DNA from: Patescibacteria group bacterium
GTDB taxonomy: Bacteria; Bacteroidota; Ignavibacteria; Kapaibacteriales; Kapaibacteriaceae
DNA: 64,000 bases
Reading direction: 5' to 3'
Assembly: GCA_044376225.1 (NCBI GenBank)
Contig: JBILLF010000001.1
Location: 7,653 to 71,652 of the forward strand
The stretch's first letter is position 1; every line of letters begins with the position of its first letter. Positions 36,728-45,045 of the stretch are shown here, one piece after another. A program made the position numbers and the translations under genes. Below the pieces are notes generated by a model that had not been told where the DNA came from, made no database searches, and saw nothing but the letters and a program-made list of their open reading frames with translations.

Positions 36728-37746
36728 AGATTGCCGTTCTGCTCGGCGGCATCAGTCCCGAGCGCAATATCTCCCTACTCAGCGGACGTGCCGCGGTGTT
36801 TGCATTGCGTGAGTTAGGGCACGAGGTCCTTGCCATTGATCCGATGCGTGGTGCTGGAGAGCCCCTCTCTGATGTCGAGCTTCATGAAGCCTCGGCGAGG
36901 GAGGTAACGGCAGGCGAGCTCGCCCTGTTCGATCCGACCAAGCTGCTTGAGTGTATCACGTCGCCGCATTTTGACAGTGTCGACGCCGCCTTTATCCTTC
37001 TGCATGGGCGCTATGGCGAGGATGGATACATCCAGTCACTGCTGGACCTGCGTGGCATTCCGTATACCGGAAGTACCATGGTGGCCAGTGCGACGGCGAT
37101 GGATAAGGGGCTTTCCAAAGTCCTGTTCCAATCTGCCGGAATCCCGACCGCCCCGTGGGTCAATCTCAGCCACGATCAGTTCGATGACGAGGACTTGTTT
37201 GAGAGTATCCTTCGCGAGATGCCCGGCCGCCTGGTGGTCAAGCCCAATGACCAGGGTTCTACCGTCGGTATGACCATTGTTGACGAGCCCGATATCGAGT
37301 CACTGCAGCGGGCCGTTCGCCTTGCGGGCGCCTTTACGCAATCGGTCATGATCGAAGCCTACGTTCCCGGACGGGAGCTCACAGTGGCCGTTCTCGGCGA
37401 TGAGGCCTTGCCGGTGATCGAGATCGTGCCGCACGAAGGGTATTACGACTTTGAAAACAAGTACGTCAAGGGTAAGACCGAGTATCATTGCCCAGCGGAT
37501 CTTTCGGATGTTGTCGAGGAGCACGTCAAGAACCTGGCCGTTGCCGCCCACAGCGTGCTGGCGTGTAGAGCCTATAGCCGCGTGGACTTCCGACTTACCG
37601 ATGAGGGGATGCCGTTCTGCCTCGAGGTGAACACCATTCCGGGTTTCACTGCCACCAGTCTTGTTCCCATGGCCGCCAGGGCTTCCGGGATGGAGTTTCC
37701 GGAGCTGTGCATGGAGATCCTTCGTCTGTCAGGCGCTGGCGAGTAG
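36724..37746 (+). CDS. ddl: D-alanine--D-alanine ligase
   Basis: Start at [21 protein letters not shown] (ATGA overlap with udg). Has HGRYGEDG, the ATP-grasp core and EVNTIPG. Confidence 0.9.
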   Translation: MKIAVLLGGISPERNISLLSGRAAVFALRELGHEVLAIDPMRGAGEPLSDVELHEASAREVTAGELALFDPTKLLECITSPHFDSVDAAFILLHGRYGEDGYIQSLLDLRGIPYTGSTMVASATAMDKGLSKVLFQSAGIPTAPWVNLSHDQFDDEDLFESILREMPGRLVVKPNDQGSTVGMTIVDEPDIESLQRAVRLAGAFTQSVMIEAYVPGRELTVAVLGDEALPVIEIVPHEGYYDFENKYVKGKTEYHCPADLSDVVEEHVKNLAVAAHSVLACRAYSRVDFRLTDEGMPFCLEVNTIPGFTATSLVPMAARASGMEFPELCMEILRLSGAGE

Positions 37747-37796
37747 GCACGCCACCTTCTGCGGAATGCAGGACCGTCATTCCACAGTCCTCGGTC

Positions 37797-37804
37797 TATA
37801 TTTG
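37797..37804 (+). promoter_or_regulatory. TATATTTG (TAnnTTTG) motif 4 nt upstream of the putative GTG start of the PfkB kinase
   Basis: Exact motif in the spacer after the ddl stop, followed by CGCC and then the GTG at 37809. Confidence 0.35.
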
Positions 37805-37808
37805 CGCC

Positions 37809-38807
37809 GTGAAAACCATCCTCCTGTCGGGCATCGGCAATGCCCTCGTCGACCTTGAGTACCGCGTCACCGAAGAAGAGCTTGCCGGCTTTGGTGTGAC
37901 CAAGGGTGCCATGACTCTGACCGATGCATCGCGTCAGCGCGAGATCATTTCTCTCATGGGTGAGCGGCCAGTTCACCGCTGCAGCGGCGGGTCTGCTGCG
38001 AATACCATCATCGCCTTCGCGCAGTTCGGTGGCAAGGGGGCTTACTGCTCAGTGTTAGGGGGCGACCATTATGGCTCGTTCTATGCGTCCGAGTTTCGCG
38101 ACTTGGGCATCGAGCTCTCAGCCGAACAGATCCCCGGCGAGACCACGGGTACGTGCCTGGTGATGATCACGCCCGACAGTGAACGGACGCTTAACACGAC
38201 GCTGGCCGTCAACCAGACGTTCGATCGAGGACATATCCGCGAGGACGTGATCAAGGCCAGTGAGTGGATCTACATCGAAGGCTACAAGCTCACCGATGAC
38301 AATGGAGCTGAGGCGGTGGATGTTGCGCTGTTCCATGCACGTAAGCACGGCACGTCCGTGGCAGTGAGCTGCTCAGACGGATTCATCGTCGACGTCTTCG
38401 GCGACCGTCTGCGATCGGTCCTGGATGGGTGCGACTTGGTTTTCTGCAATGAGCGCGAAGCCACGGCCTTGGCCGACACTGATAGTGCCGACGAAGCATA
38501 TTCTGCGCTGACATCGCGCTACCGTAACGTCATCGTCACGAAAGGGGCTCAGGGTTCACGCGTCCGCTGGAATGGCATCGATGCTGATGTTCCGGCCTAC
38601 GCCGTTGAGGCCGTCGATGCCACAGGAGCAGGGGACATGTATGCGGGGGCATTCCTCTACGGAGCCCTGCACCGTCATCATCCGGAACATGCCGGACGCC
38701 TTGCTTCGTATGCCTCATCGCGCGTCGTGGCCCAGTTTGGGGCGCGTCTCAAAGCCAGTCACATAGAAGTCCGCGATACCATTCTCGAGGGTACTCAGAC
38801 GCGGTGA
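37809..38807 (+). CDS. PfkB-family carbohydrate/nucleoside kinase (adenosine-kinase-like)
   Basis: N-terminus VKTILLSGIGNALVD matches the usual kinase start, and DATGAGDMYAGAFLYG is the PfkB signature. The upstream part of the ORF (37707-37808) overlaps ddl and looks non-coding. The GTG start is inferred. Confidence 0.75.
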   Translation: MKTILLSGIGNALVDLEYRVTEEELAGFGVTKGAMTLTDASRQREIISLMGERPVHRCSGGSAANTIIAFAQFGGKGAYCSVLGGDHYGSFYASEFRDLGIELSAEQIPGETTGTCLVMITPDSERTLNTTLAVNQTFDRGHIREDVIKASEWIYIEGYKLTDDNGAEAVDVALFHARKHGTSVAVSCSDGFIVDVFGDRLRSVLDGCDLVFCNEREATALADTDSADEAYSALTSRYRNVIVTKGAQGSRVRWNGIDADVPAYAVEAVDATGAGDMYAGAFLYGALHRHHPEHAGRLASYASSRVVAQFGARLKASHIEVRDTILEGTQTR

Positions 38808-40162
38808 GGTGTCCCCTGACCATCTGTCGGGCGGCTCTCGTTCTGCTGGTTGCCCTTGCAAGCATGCCGTCGTTTGTTTCGGCACAGTCGGGGATGACAT
38901 TTGAAGAGTTTCAGCGTCGGGCTGATCCATACTTCGCCGAGGATCTTCTGGCCGATGTCCGCAATGCCATGCCCCTTGGCGCGAACTATCGGATCTGGGG
39001 TTGGGACGTCGGTGACTTCAGTGGTGACGGTATCTACGATCTAGCCGTCTCACTCAACGTCCTGGGTTCACGCAAACGCGAATGTCTGGTCTATATGTTC
39101 GTTGATGTAGACGGCTTCCTGGTCAATATTGCCAAGATGCCGTTTACGTACATCAACCTGCCCCTTGAGGTCGGCGTTGTGGTCAAGGACACGTCGTGCT
39201 ACGTCACAGTCAAGCGCAAGAACGAGGACTGGTCCATCATCGGCTACCGTTTCCGGGAGGGGGCTGTCGTGATGGTTGACCAGCTGATCATCGACCGCAT
39301 TGAGGCTTTTGGACATGAGATCTACCGCTCATTCCAGACCTTGAAGACACGCGAGCGGTTCTTGGCAAAGGATGACGAGGCCGCATACGAGAACGAGGCG
39401 ATGACCATTCCCTGTTACAGCCGCAGCCGTCAGGTTTTTGCCGGATACGTTCCGGAGGCCGCCGCCAATGCCATCAACAACGTCACCGATGGCTCATACT
39501 GGTGGACCGGTGAGGAAGATGTGTCTTTCCGGGCACGCATGGTCTACGACGATGACTACCTCTACCTGCGCGTCAATGTGCGGGATTCGAACGTTGTGAC
39601 AGGTTGGTGCGACACGTGCATTGCGGACCATGTCGAACTTCATCTCGACGTTGTTCCGCGGCTAGAGACGGAGGTATCTCGGAATGTGACTATCAGTAAG
39701 CGGACCGAGCTTGCCGTGCGGCATGTTAGCGACACAGGGCTGTTCACCGTGGTGGTGCGTCTTGGCGATTTTGCCGATCGCCTGCCAAGGGTGATCGTGC
39801 GAACGACCGACGATCTGGACCCCCTTCAGAATCAGGCTCGCCGTCAGATCAGGGCCGTTTCGGCCCCCCGTCCGGGCGGCTATGTGGTCAAGGTCCGGAT
39901 TCCCTTTGCCATGCTCGGATATCAGAAAGCACCCGTCGATGACCGTCAGCCAACGGAGTTTGGCTGCACGATCGCCGTCCATGATGTGGATAACGAATTC
40001 CGGGGCGACGAGCTGACAGTGGTCGCCACTAGCCCCCTGAAGGCTCTTGACCCCTCTACGTATGGCTCCTTGCGGTTTGTCCCTGATGGAGCATGGTACG
40101 GTGAATCCACCAATATCTACGGGGAGGCCGTGCTGAATGCCCTCCGAGAATTGGGCTTTTAG
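38804..40162 (+). CDS. Secreted hypothetical protein (FG-GAP-like segment plus CBM9/DOMON-like region)
   Basis: GTGA overlap with the kinase stop. Signal peptide AALVLLVALASMPSFVSAQ, a GDFSGDGIYDLAV segment, and DDDYLYLRVNVRDSNV...HDVDNE resembling family-9 carbohydrate-binding folds (weak). Confidence 0.6.
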   Translation: MRCPLTICRAALVLLVALASMPSFVSAQSGMTFEEFQRRADPYFAEDLLADVRNAMPLGANYRIWGWDVGDFSGDGIYDLAVSLNVLGSRKRECLVYMFVDVDGFLVNIAKMPFTYINLPLEVGVVVKDTSCYVTVKRKNEDWSIIGYRFREGAVVMVDQLIIDRIEAFGHEIYRSFQTLKTRERFLAKDDEAAYENEAMTIPCYSRSRQVFAGYVPEAAANAINNVTDGSYWWTGEEDVSFRARMVYDDDYLYLRVNVRDSNVVTGWCDTCIADHVELHLDVVPRLETEVSRNVTISKRTELAVRHVSDTGLFTVVVRLGDFADRLPRVIVRTTDDLDPLQNQARRQIRAVSAPRPGGYVVKVRIPFAMLGYQKAPVDDRQPTEFGCTIAVHDVDNEFRGDELTVVATSPLKALDPSTYGSLRFVPDGAWYGESTNIYGEAVLNALRELGF

Positions 40163-40174
40163 AAACTGCCGACC

Positions 40175-40182
40175 TATTTTTG
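40175..40182 (+). promoter_or_regulatory. TATTTTTG (TAnnTTTG) candidate promoter of the ATP synthase operon
   Basis: Exact motif 13 nt after the upstream stop and 19 nt before the first possible start (GTG 40202). A TTGG lies about 20 nt upstream. Confidence 0.45.
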
Positions 40183-40201
40183 CGCGGCATTTTTTACGGA
40201 C

Positions 40202-40453
40202 GTGGTGATCATGTCAACCTCGCGATCGCCAATGCAACAACTTGCCCCGTATCTGGCCCTTGGTGGGCAGCTTGCAGGGACGGTTCTTGTTTGTGGCGCG
40301 CTGGGTTGGTGGATCGACTCTCGTCTGTCATCTGAGCCGATCGGCATCGTGTCAGGTGTAGTGCTTGGATCTATTGTCGGACTCACGCAGTTCCTGCGCA
40401 CCGTCAGCCGTCTGACGCGTGAGCAAGGGGCTGGAAACGCACAGGAAAGGTAG
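40202..40453 (+). CDS. AtpZ/AtpI-family small membrane protein (ATPase_gene1-like)
   Basis: 83 aa with two hydrophobic helices (LALGGQLAGTVLVCGALGWWID, IGIVSGVVLGSIVGL). It is the first gene of the atp operon. Alternative ATG at 40211. Confidence 0.7.
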   Translation: MVIMSTSRSPMQQLAPYLALGGQLAGTVLVCGALGWWIDSRLSSEPIGIVSGVVLGSIVGLTQFLRTVSRLTREQGAGNAQER

Positions 40454-40461
40454 AGCAAGGG

Positions 40462-40839
40462 GTGGATATCCGAGGTCCGTTCGTAGCCGTCATTACAGCG
40501 CTTGGCATTAGTGTTGCCAATTCCTGTATCGGCTACGTGGTTGCCAAGAGAGCCCAGAAGAAGGAACTCAACTCCTTCATGGGTATCGTCTTCGGGAGCC
40601 TTGCAGCTCGGGCTGCGGCCGTCGTCTCACTTGCTTACATCTGCCTGGGTGTGATCTCGATGCATCAGGTGGCCTTTGCCCTGACGTTTTCGATCTCTGC
40701 CTTTGCCGGCTTGATGGTGGAGGTGTTTTTTTTTCACTTCTCTATGGAACGAGCAAAGCAGCAGCATCTGCAGAACGTGAATCGCCCCTTTAAAAAAAAA
40801 GGGGATGATGTAGCCTTCACGTCATTTGCCACTGCCTAA
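40462..40839 (+). CDS. ATP synthase subunit I-like membrane protein
   Basis: 125 aa, GTG start, four hydrophobic segments, located between atpZ-like and atpB. Confidence 0.6.
   Translation: MDIRGPFVAVITALGISVANSCIGYVVAKRAQKKELNSFMGIVFGSLAARAAAVVSLAYICLGVISMHQVAFALTFSISAFAGLMVEVFFFHFSMERAKQQHLQNVNRPFKKKGDDVAFTSFATA
40726..40804 (+). repeat. T9 and A9 homopolymers; the A-run forms CCCCTTT-AAAAAA-AAAGGGG
   Basis: Read directly. T9 is at 40726-40734 (codons FFF). A9 is at 40792-40800 (codons KKK), flanked by CCCCTTT and GGGG, giving a 7-bp stem potential. Confidence 0.9.
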
Positions 40840-40867
40840 AACCGCTCCCGGGGAACCGTTCGAGAGT

Positions 40868-41980
40868 ATGAACAGCGAACACACACAGCAGCACGATACA
40901 GCGGCCCATGCCGCTGACAGCGTCCACGTGGCCGCCGGGTCTCACCCGACGGGACATGGCGCAACCCATGGGGATGACAAGTTCACGTTCAACAAGCTAC
41001 TCGATCAGCTTGGTGATCACCACGAGCTGAACATCTTCTTCGGACACTACGAGATCCTGCCGGTCATCCTGCTTGATGAATCGAATACACCGCATGTGTA
41101 CTCGAATCTGCATGCCATGGAAGAAGCCGGCATGTACACCATGCATCACCCTGGACATGGCCACCACATCGTGCGTGCTCATGCCGCCCACACAGAAACG
41201 GAGTCATGTCCGATTCCACATGCCGCTCCATCATGGGATCTGTCGATCACGAACTTTGTCGCCTATCAGTGGATCGCCATTGTTCTTGTGACAATTCTCT
41301 TCGGGATAGCGCGCTCGCGGTATCGCAAAGCACCCCTTGCCGCCCCTCGCGGTATCCAGAATGTTCTCGAGTCGGTGGTTCTGTACGTCCGTGAACAGAT
41401 CGTTCAGCCGAACGTTGGCACCGAACGGCGTGCGATGCGCTTGATGCCGTTCATGCTTGCGCTGTTCTTCTTCATTCTGACGCTCAATCTCATCTCGCTT
41501 CTGCCGGGCGCGCACGCTGCCACAGGAGCACTGCCGGTAACCATGGCCTTGGCCACGTGCACGTTGATCGTCGTCAACTACATCGCGTTCAAGGATGCCG
41601 GTGTAAAGGCATGGTTCACACACCTTCTTGGTGGTGCTCCGGCATACATCGCACCGATCATGGTTCCGATCGAGCTCGTTGGCATCATCACAAAGCCGTT
41701 CGCCCTGATGATTCGTCTGTTTGCCAACATGACGGCGGGGCATATCGTGCTGATGTCGCTTGTGGGATTGATCTTCTTTTTTGCTCAGGAAATGGGCCAG
41801 GCCGTTGGCTGGGGTGTTGCCCCGATCAGCGTGCTTTTCTCAGTCTTCATCTACCTGCTGGAACTGCTCGTGGCATTCCTTCAGGCCTATATCTTTACAA
41901 TGCTTTCGGCCGTGTTTGTAGGTCTTGCGCTGGGTCATCATGCCCACCACGATGACCACCACCACGCTGAGGCTCATTGA
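40868..41980 (+). CDS. atpB: F0F1 ATP synthase subunit a with His-rich N- and C-termini
   Basis: Start at MNSEHTQQH. The C-terminal core (LRLFANMTAGHIVL..., LLELLVAFLQAYIFTML) carries the conserved subunit-a Arg and helices. Confidence 0.88.
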   Translation: MNSEHTQQHDTAAHAADSVHVAAGSHPTGHGATHGDDKFTFNKLLDQLGDHHELNIFFGHYEILPVILLDESNTPHVYSNLHAMEEAGMYTMHHPGHGHHIVRAHAAHTETESCPIPHAAPSWDLSITNFVAYQWIAIVLVTILFGIARSRYRKAPLAAPRGIQNVLESVVLYVREQIVQPNVGTERRAMRLMPFMLALFFFILTLNLISLLPGAHAATGALPVTMALATCTLIVVNYIAFKDAGVKAWFTHLLGGAPAYIAPIMVPIELVGIITKPFALMIRLFANMTAGHIVLMSLVGLIFFFAQEMGQAVGWGVAPISVLFSVFIYLLELLVAFLQAYIFTMLSAVFVGLALGHHAHHDDHHHAEAH

Positions 41981-42046
41981 TCTGCAACTCAACGTCGAAA
42001 CAGACATCAACACATTTTACCTCAACTCACTTTGGAAGGAAGTCTC

Positions 42047-42280
42047 ATGGATCCAGTAGCATTTGCCTGGTTGTCAGCCGGTCTCGGCCTTGGCATCACT
42101 GTGTTCGGCGTCGGTACGGGTATCGGTCGTTTGGCCGCAGCCGCTCTCGAAGCCAGCAGCCGCCAGCCTGAAAATGCCGGTGATATCCGCACGACGATGA
42201 TCATCGGTGCCGCTCTTATCGAAGGCGTTGCCCTTCTTGCCGGCGTCGTTTGTATCCTCCTGGCCGTCAAGAACCCATAA
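42047..42280 (+). CDS. atpE: F0F1 ATP synthase subunit c
   Basis: 77 aa from the ATG preceded by GGAAGGAAG. Hairpin protein with GxGxGxG (GVGTGIG) and the ion-binding carboxylate in ALIEGVAL. Confidence 0.9.
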   Translation: MDPVAFAWLSAGLGLGITVFGVGTGIGRLAAAALEASSRQPENAGDIRTTMIIGAALIEGVALLAGVVCILLAVKNP

Positions 42281-42294
42281 TCTCGACAGCTTCG

Positions 42295-42361
42295 CGACCC
42301 CGCATGCCGGGGTCGGTTGCAGGGTGCGCCATGCCCGCAAGGACAGGCGCTTCCCGCAACC
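42295..42361 (+). other. Two stem-loops in the atpE-atpF spacer
   Basis: CGACCCCG-catgc-CGGGGTCG is a perfect 8-bp stem at 42295-42315. An imperfect GGTTGC.GGG.GCGCC / GGCGC.TCCC.GCAACC stem follows at 42316-42361. Confidence 0.6.
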
Positions 42362-42363
42362 GC

Positions 42364-42395
42364 AACCTGAAACCCAAAACCTGTAACCTGAAACC
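42364..42395 (+). repeat. Direct 11-nt repeat AACCTGAAACC x2 in a C/A-rich leader of atpF
   Basis: Copies at 42364-42374 and 42385-42395, read directly. Confidence 0.85.
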
Positions 42396-42399
42396 TGTC

Positions 42400-42894
42400 A
42401 TGCCCGCATTTCTATCCTTCGACCCGGGTCTGGTCATCTGGACCCTCATCAACTTCAGCATCTTCGCGCTGATCATCGCCAAGTTCGGTTGGAAGCCCAT
42501 GAGCGAGGCAATTGCTGCCCGCGAGGGGTCCATCAAGGAGGCAATTGCTGCTGCCGAGCGTGCTAACAAGGAAGCACAGGAGCTGATCAAAGAAAATCAG
42601 GAGCGTATTGCCCGTGCTCAGCGCGAAACGATGGACATCGTCAAGGAAGGGCGTGTGCAGGCAGAGAGCATTATCCGTCGCGCCTCGGAAGAAGCTGAAG
42701 CCGTCAAGCAGCAGAAACTGACCGAAGCGCAGCGCGAGATCGACCGTCAGAAGGACGAAGCCGTCAAGGTGCTGCGCAACGAAGTGGCCTCGTTGGTTGT
42801 CGGAGCCACGGAAAAGCTGATCGGACGCTCACTTGACGGTGAAGACCACAAGCGCATCGTCGAATCCTACGTCAACGAACTCTCCAAGAACTGA
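42400..42894 (+). CDS. atpF: F0F1 ATP synthase subunit b
   Basis: Start at MPAFLSFDPGLVIWTLINFSIFALII (one TM segment), then a long charged helix. The upstream part of the ORF overlaps the hairpins and is Arg/Pro-rich. Confidence 0.88.
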   Translation: MPAFLSFDPGLVIWTLINFSIFALIIAKFGWKPMSEAIAAREGSIKEAIAAAERANKEAQELIKENQERIARAQRETMDIVKEGRVQAESIIRRASEEAEAVKQQKLTEAQREIDRQKDEAVKVLRNEVASLVVGATEKLIGRSLDGEDHKRIVESYVNELSKN

Positions 42895-42899
42895 TCCGC

Positions 42900-43439
42900 A
42901 TGTCAAGTCTCAAGATCGCCCGTCGTTACGCCAAGTCTGTGATCTCATCGGCTGTTGCCGCCGGGATCGTTGATACGCTGGCCACGGATATGTCAGCACT
43001 ACACTCGATGATATCCGCTTCACGCGACCTGCGCGGACTGCTGCGCAGTCCGGTGGTCACGCATGACGTCAAGAAGAAGTGCATTGACGAACTCCTATCA
43101 GGCAAAGTCAGCCCCCTGACACTGAGCTTTCTGCATCTTATCACGGACAAGGGGCGGGCAGATCTGATGGCCGAGATCGCCGTAGAAATAGGGCACCAGA
43201 TCGATGTTCTGCGCAATATTGAGCGGGTGACCGTTACATCGGCTGTCGAGCTGTCCCAACCAGAACGTGGGCGCATTGAGGCCGAACTTTCCAAGTCGCT
43301 TGGTCGGTCGATCATTGCCACCTACACCACCGATGCGGCGATCATCGGAGGAGCCGTAATCCGCGTCGGCGATCAGGTCCATGACGGATCGCTGCGTCAC
43401 CAACTGGCCGTGCTGGGCAAGCAGCTCGCACAAGCCTAG
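42900..43439 (+). CDS. atpH: F0F1 ATP synthase subunit delta (OSCP)
   Basis: 179 aa. Begins ARRYAKSV..., typical OSCP length and position, and ends GGAVIRVGDQVHDGSLRHQL. Confidence 0.88.
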   Translation: MSSLKIARRYAKSVISSAVAAGIVDTLATDMSALHSMISASRDLRGLLRSPVVTHDVKKKCIDELLSGKVSPLTLSFLHLITDKGRADLMAEIAVEIGHQIDVLRNIERVTVTSAVELSQPERGRIEAELSKSLGRSIIATYTTDAAIIGGAVIRVGDQVHDGSLRHQLAVLGKQLAQA

Positions 43440-43479
43440 TCCCATTATCGAACGAAACAAATCCTAAGGAAAGACTCAA

Positions 43480-45030
43480 ATGGCAGATGTTCGTCCAGAT
43501 GAAATCTCCTCGATCCTGCGCAAGCAGCTGACTGGATTCGAGAAGGAGACTGATATCTATGAAGTTGGTACCGTGCTCCAAGTTGGTGACGGTGTAGCCC
43601 GCATCTACGGGCTGTCCAACGTGATGGCCTCGGAACTCGTCGAGTTTCCGAATGGCGTCGTTGGTATGGTGCTAAACCTCGAAGAGGATAACGTTGGCGC
43701 TGTGCTCTTTGGTGATGACTCGCTGGTAAAGGAAGGCGATCAGGTGCGCCGCACCGGACGTATCGCTTCGGTTCCGGTAGGCGAAGGCTTGCTCGGCCGC
43801 GTGGTCGATCCACTTGGACGTCCGGTCGATGGCAAGGGACCGATCAAGGAATCGGCCATATACCCAATCGAGCGCAAGGCCCTTGGTGTTATCGACCGTC
43901 AGCCAGTGACCGAACCGCTGCAGACTGGTATCAAGGCGATCGATGCTCTGATCCCGATCGGCCGCGGTCAGCGTGAGCTGATCATTGGTGACCGTCAGAC
44001 AGGCAAGACGACGGTCGCGCTGGACGCCATCATCAACCAACGCTACACGCACACCAAGGAAGCTCAGGACCAAGGCATCAAGCCGGTGTTCTGCGTCTAT
44101 GTTGCCATCGGTCAGAAGGGCTCGACGATCGCCAATGTCGTTGCCACGCTCGAGAAATATGGTGCAATGTCGTACACGACTGTTGTTGCCGCTACGGCCT
44201 CAGACCCGGCTCCACTGCAGTTTATCGCCCCGTACTCGGGATGCTCGATGGGCGAGTTCTACCGTGATAACGGACGTCATGCACTGGTGGTCTACGATGA
44301 TCTTTCCAAGCAGGCGGCCGCCTATCGTCAGGTGTCGCTGCTTCTGCGCCGTCCACCAGGTCGCGAAGCCTACCCGGGCGACGTGTTCTATCTCCACAGC
44401 CGCCTTCTGGAGCGCGCTGCCAAGCTCAGCGATTCACTCGGAGGGGGCTCTCTGACGGCTCTGCCGGTGATTGAGACGCAAGCTGGTGACGTGTCGGCCT
44501 ACATTCCAACAAACGTGATCTCCATCACAGACGGTCAGATCTATCTCGAGCCAAACCTCTTCAATGCTGGTGTTCGTCCGGCCCTGAACGTGGGTATCTC
44601 GGTGTCGCGCGTGGGTGGTAACGCCCAGATCAAGGCCATGAAGAAGGTAGCTGGTCCGCTTAAGCTTGACCTTGCACAGTTCCGCGCTCTTGAAGCATTC
44701 GCACGTTTCGGTTCTGACCTTGACAAGACCACACAGCAGCAGCTGCGTCGCGGTGCACGTCTTCTTGAGGTGATGAAGCAGCCGCAGTATTCGCCCGCAA
44801 CGGTCGAAGACCAGATCGTCGTGATCTATGCTGCTTCACAAGGGTACACGGACGATCTTCCGGTAGAGAGCATCAAGCGTTATGAGACAGAATTGATGGA
44901 GTTTGTGCATGCCAACCATGCCGACATCATCGAGGGATTGCGCGTGCAGAAAGCGCTGACGGATGAGATCGTCGAGAAGCTCAAAGCTGCTCTGACATCG
45001 TTCACCCAGCGATTCGCTACGACGGTCTAA
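43480..45030 (+). CDS. atpA: F0F1 ATP synthase subunit alpha
   Basis: 516 aa. GDRQTGKT P-loop, [28 protein letters not shown]. Confidence 0.95.
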   Translation: MADVRPDEISSILRKQLTGFEKETDIYEVGTVLQVGDGVARIYGLSNVMASELVEFPNGVVGMVLNLEEDNVGAVLFGDDSLVKEGDQVRRTGRIASVPVGEGLLGRVVDPLGRPVDGKGPIKESAIYPIERKALGVIDRQPVTEPLQTGIKAIDALIPIGRGQRELIIGDRQTGKTTVALDAIINQRYTHTKEAQDQGIKPVFCVYVAIGQKGSTIANVVATLEKYGAMSYTTVVAATASDPAPLQFIAPYSGCSMGEFYRDNGRHALVVYDDLSKQAAAYRQVSLLLRRPPGREAYPGDVFYLHSRLLERAAKLSDSLGGGSLTALPVIETQAGDVSAYIPTNVISITDGQIYLEPNLFNAGVRPALNVGISVSRVGGNAQIKAMKKVAGPLKLDLAQFRALEAFARFGSDLDKTTQQQLRRGARLLEVMKQPQYSPATVEDQIVVIYAASQGYTDDLPVESIKRYETELMEFVHANHADIIEGLRVQKALTDEIVEKLKAALTSFTQRFATTV

Positions 45031-45045
45031 GGGGCTGTTTCTGCG

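Noticed and set aside
40792-40868. Idea that slippage in the A9 run could fuse the AtpI-like ORF to atpB
   Set aside because: In the frame reached by a 1-nt deletion, a TAG occurs at 40811-40813, before the atpB ORF opens.
42250-42399. 50-codon N-terminal extension of the atpF ORF
   Set aside because: The Arg/Pro-rich translation overlaps the atpE 3' end and the two spacer hairpins. Subunit b begins naturally at MPAFLSF (42400).
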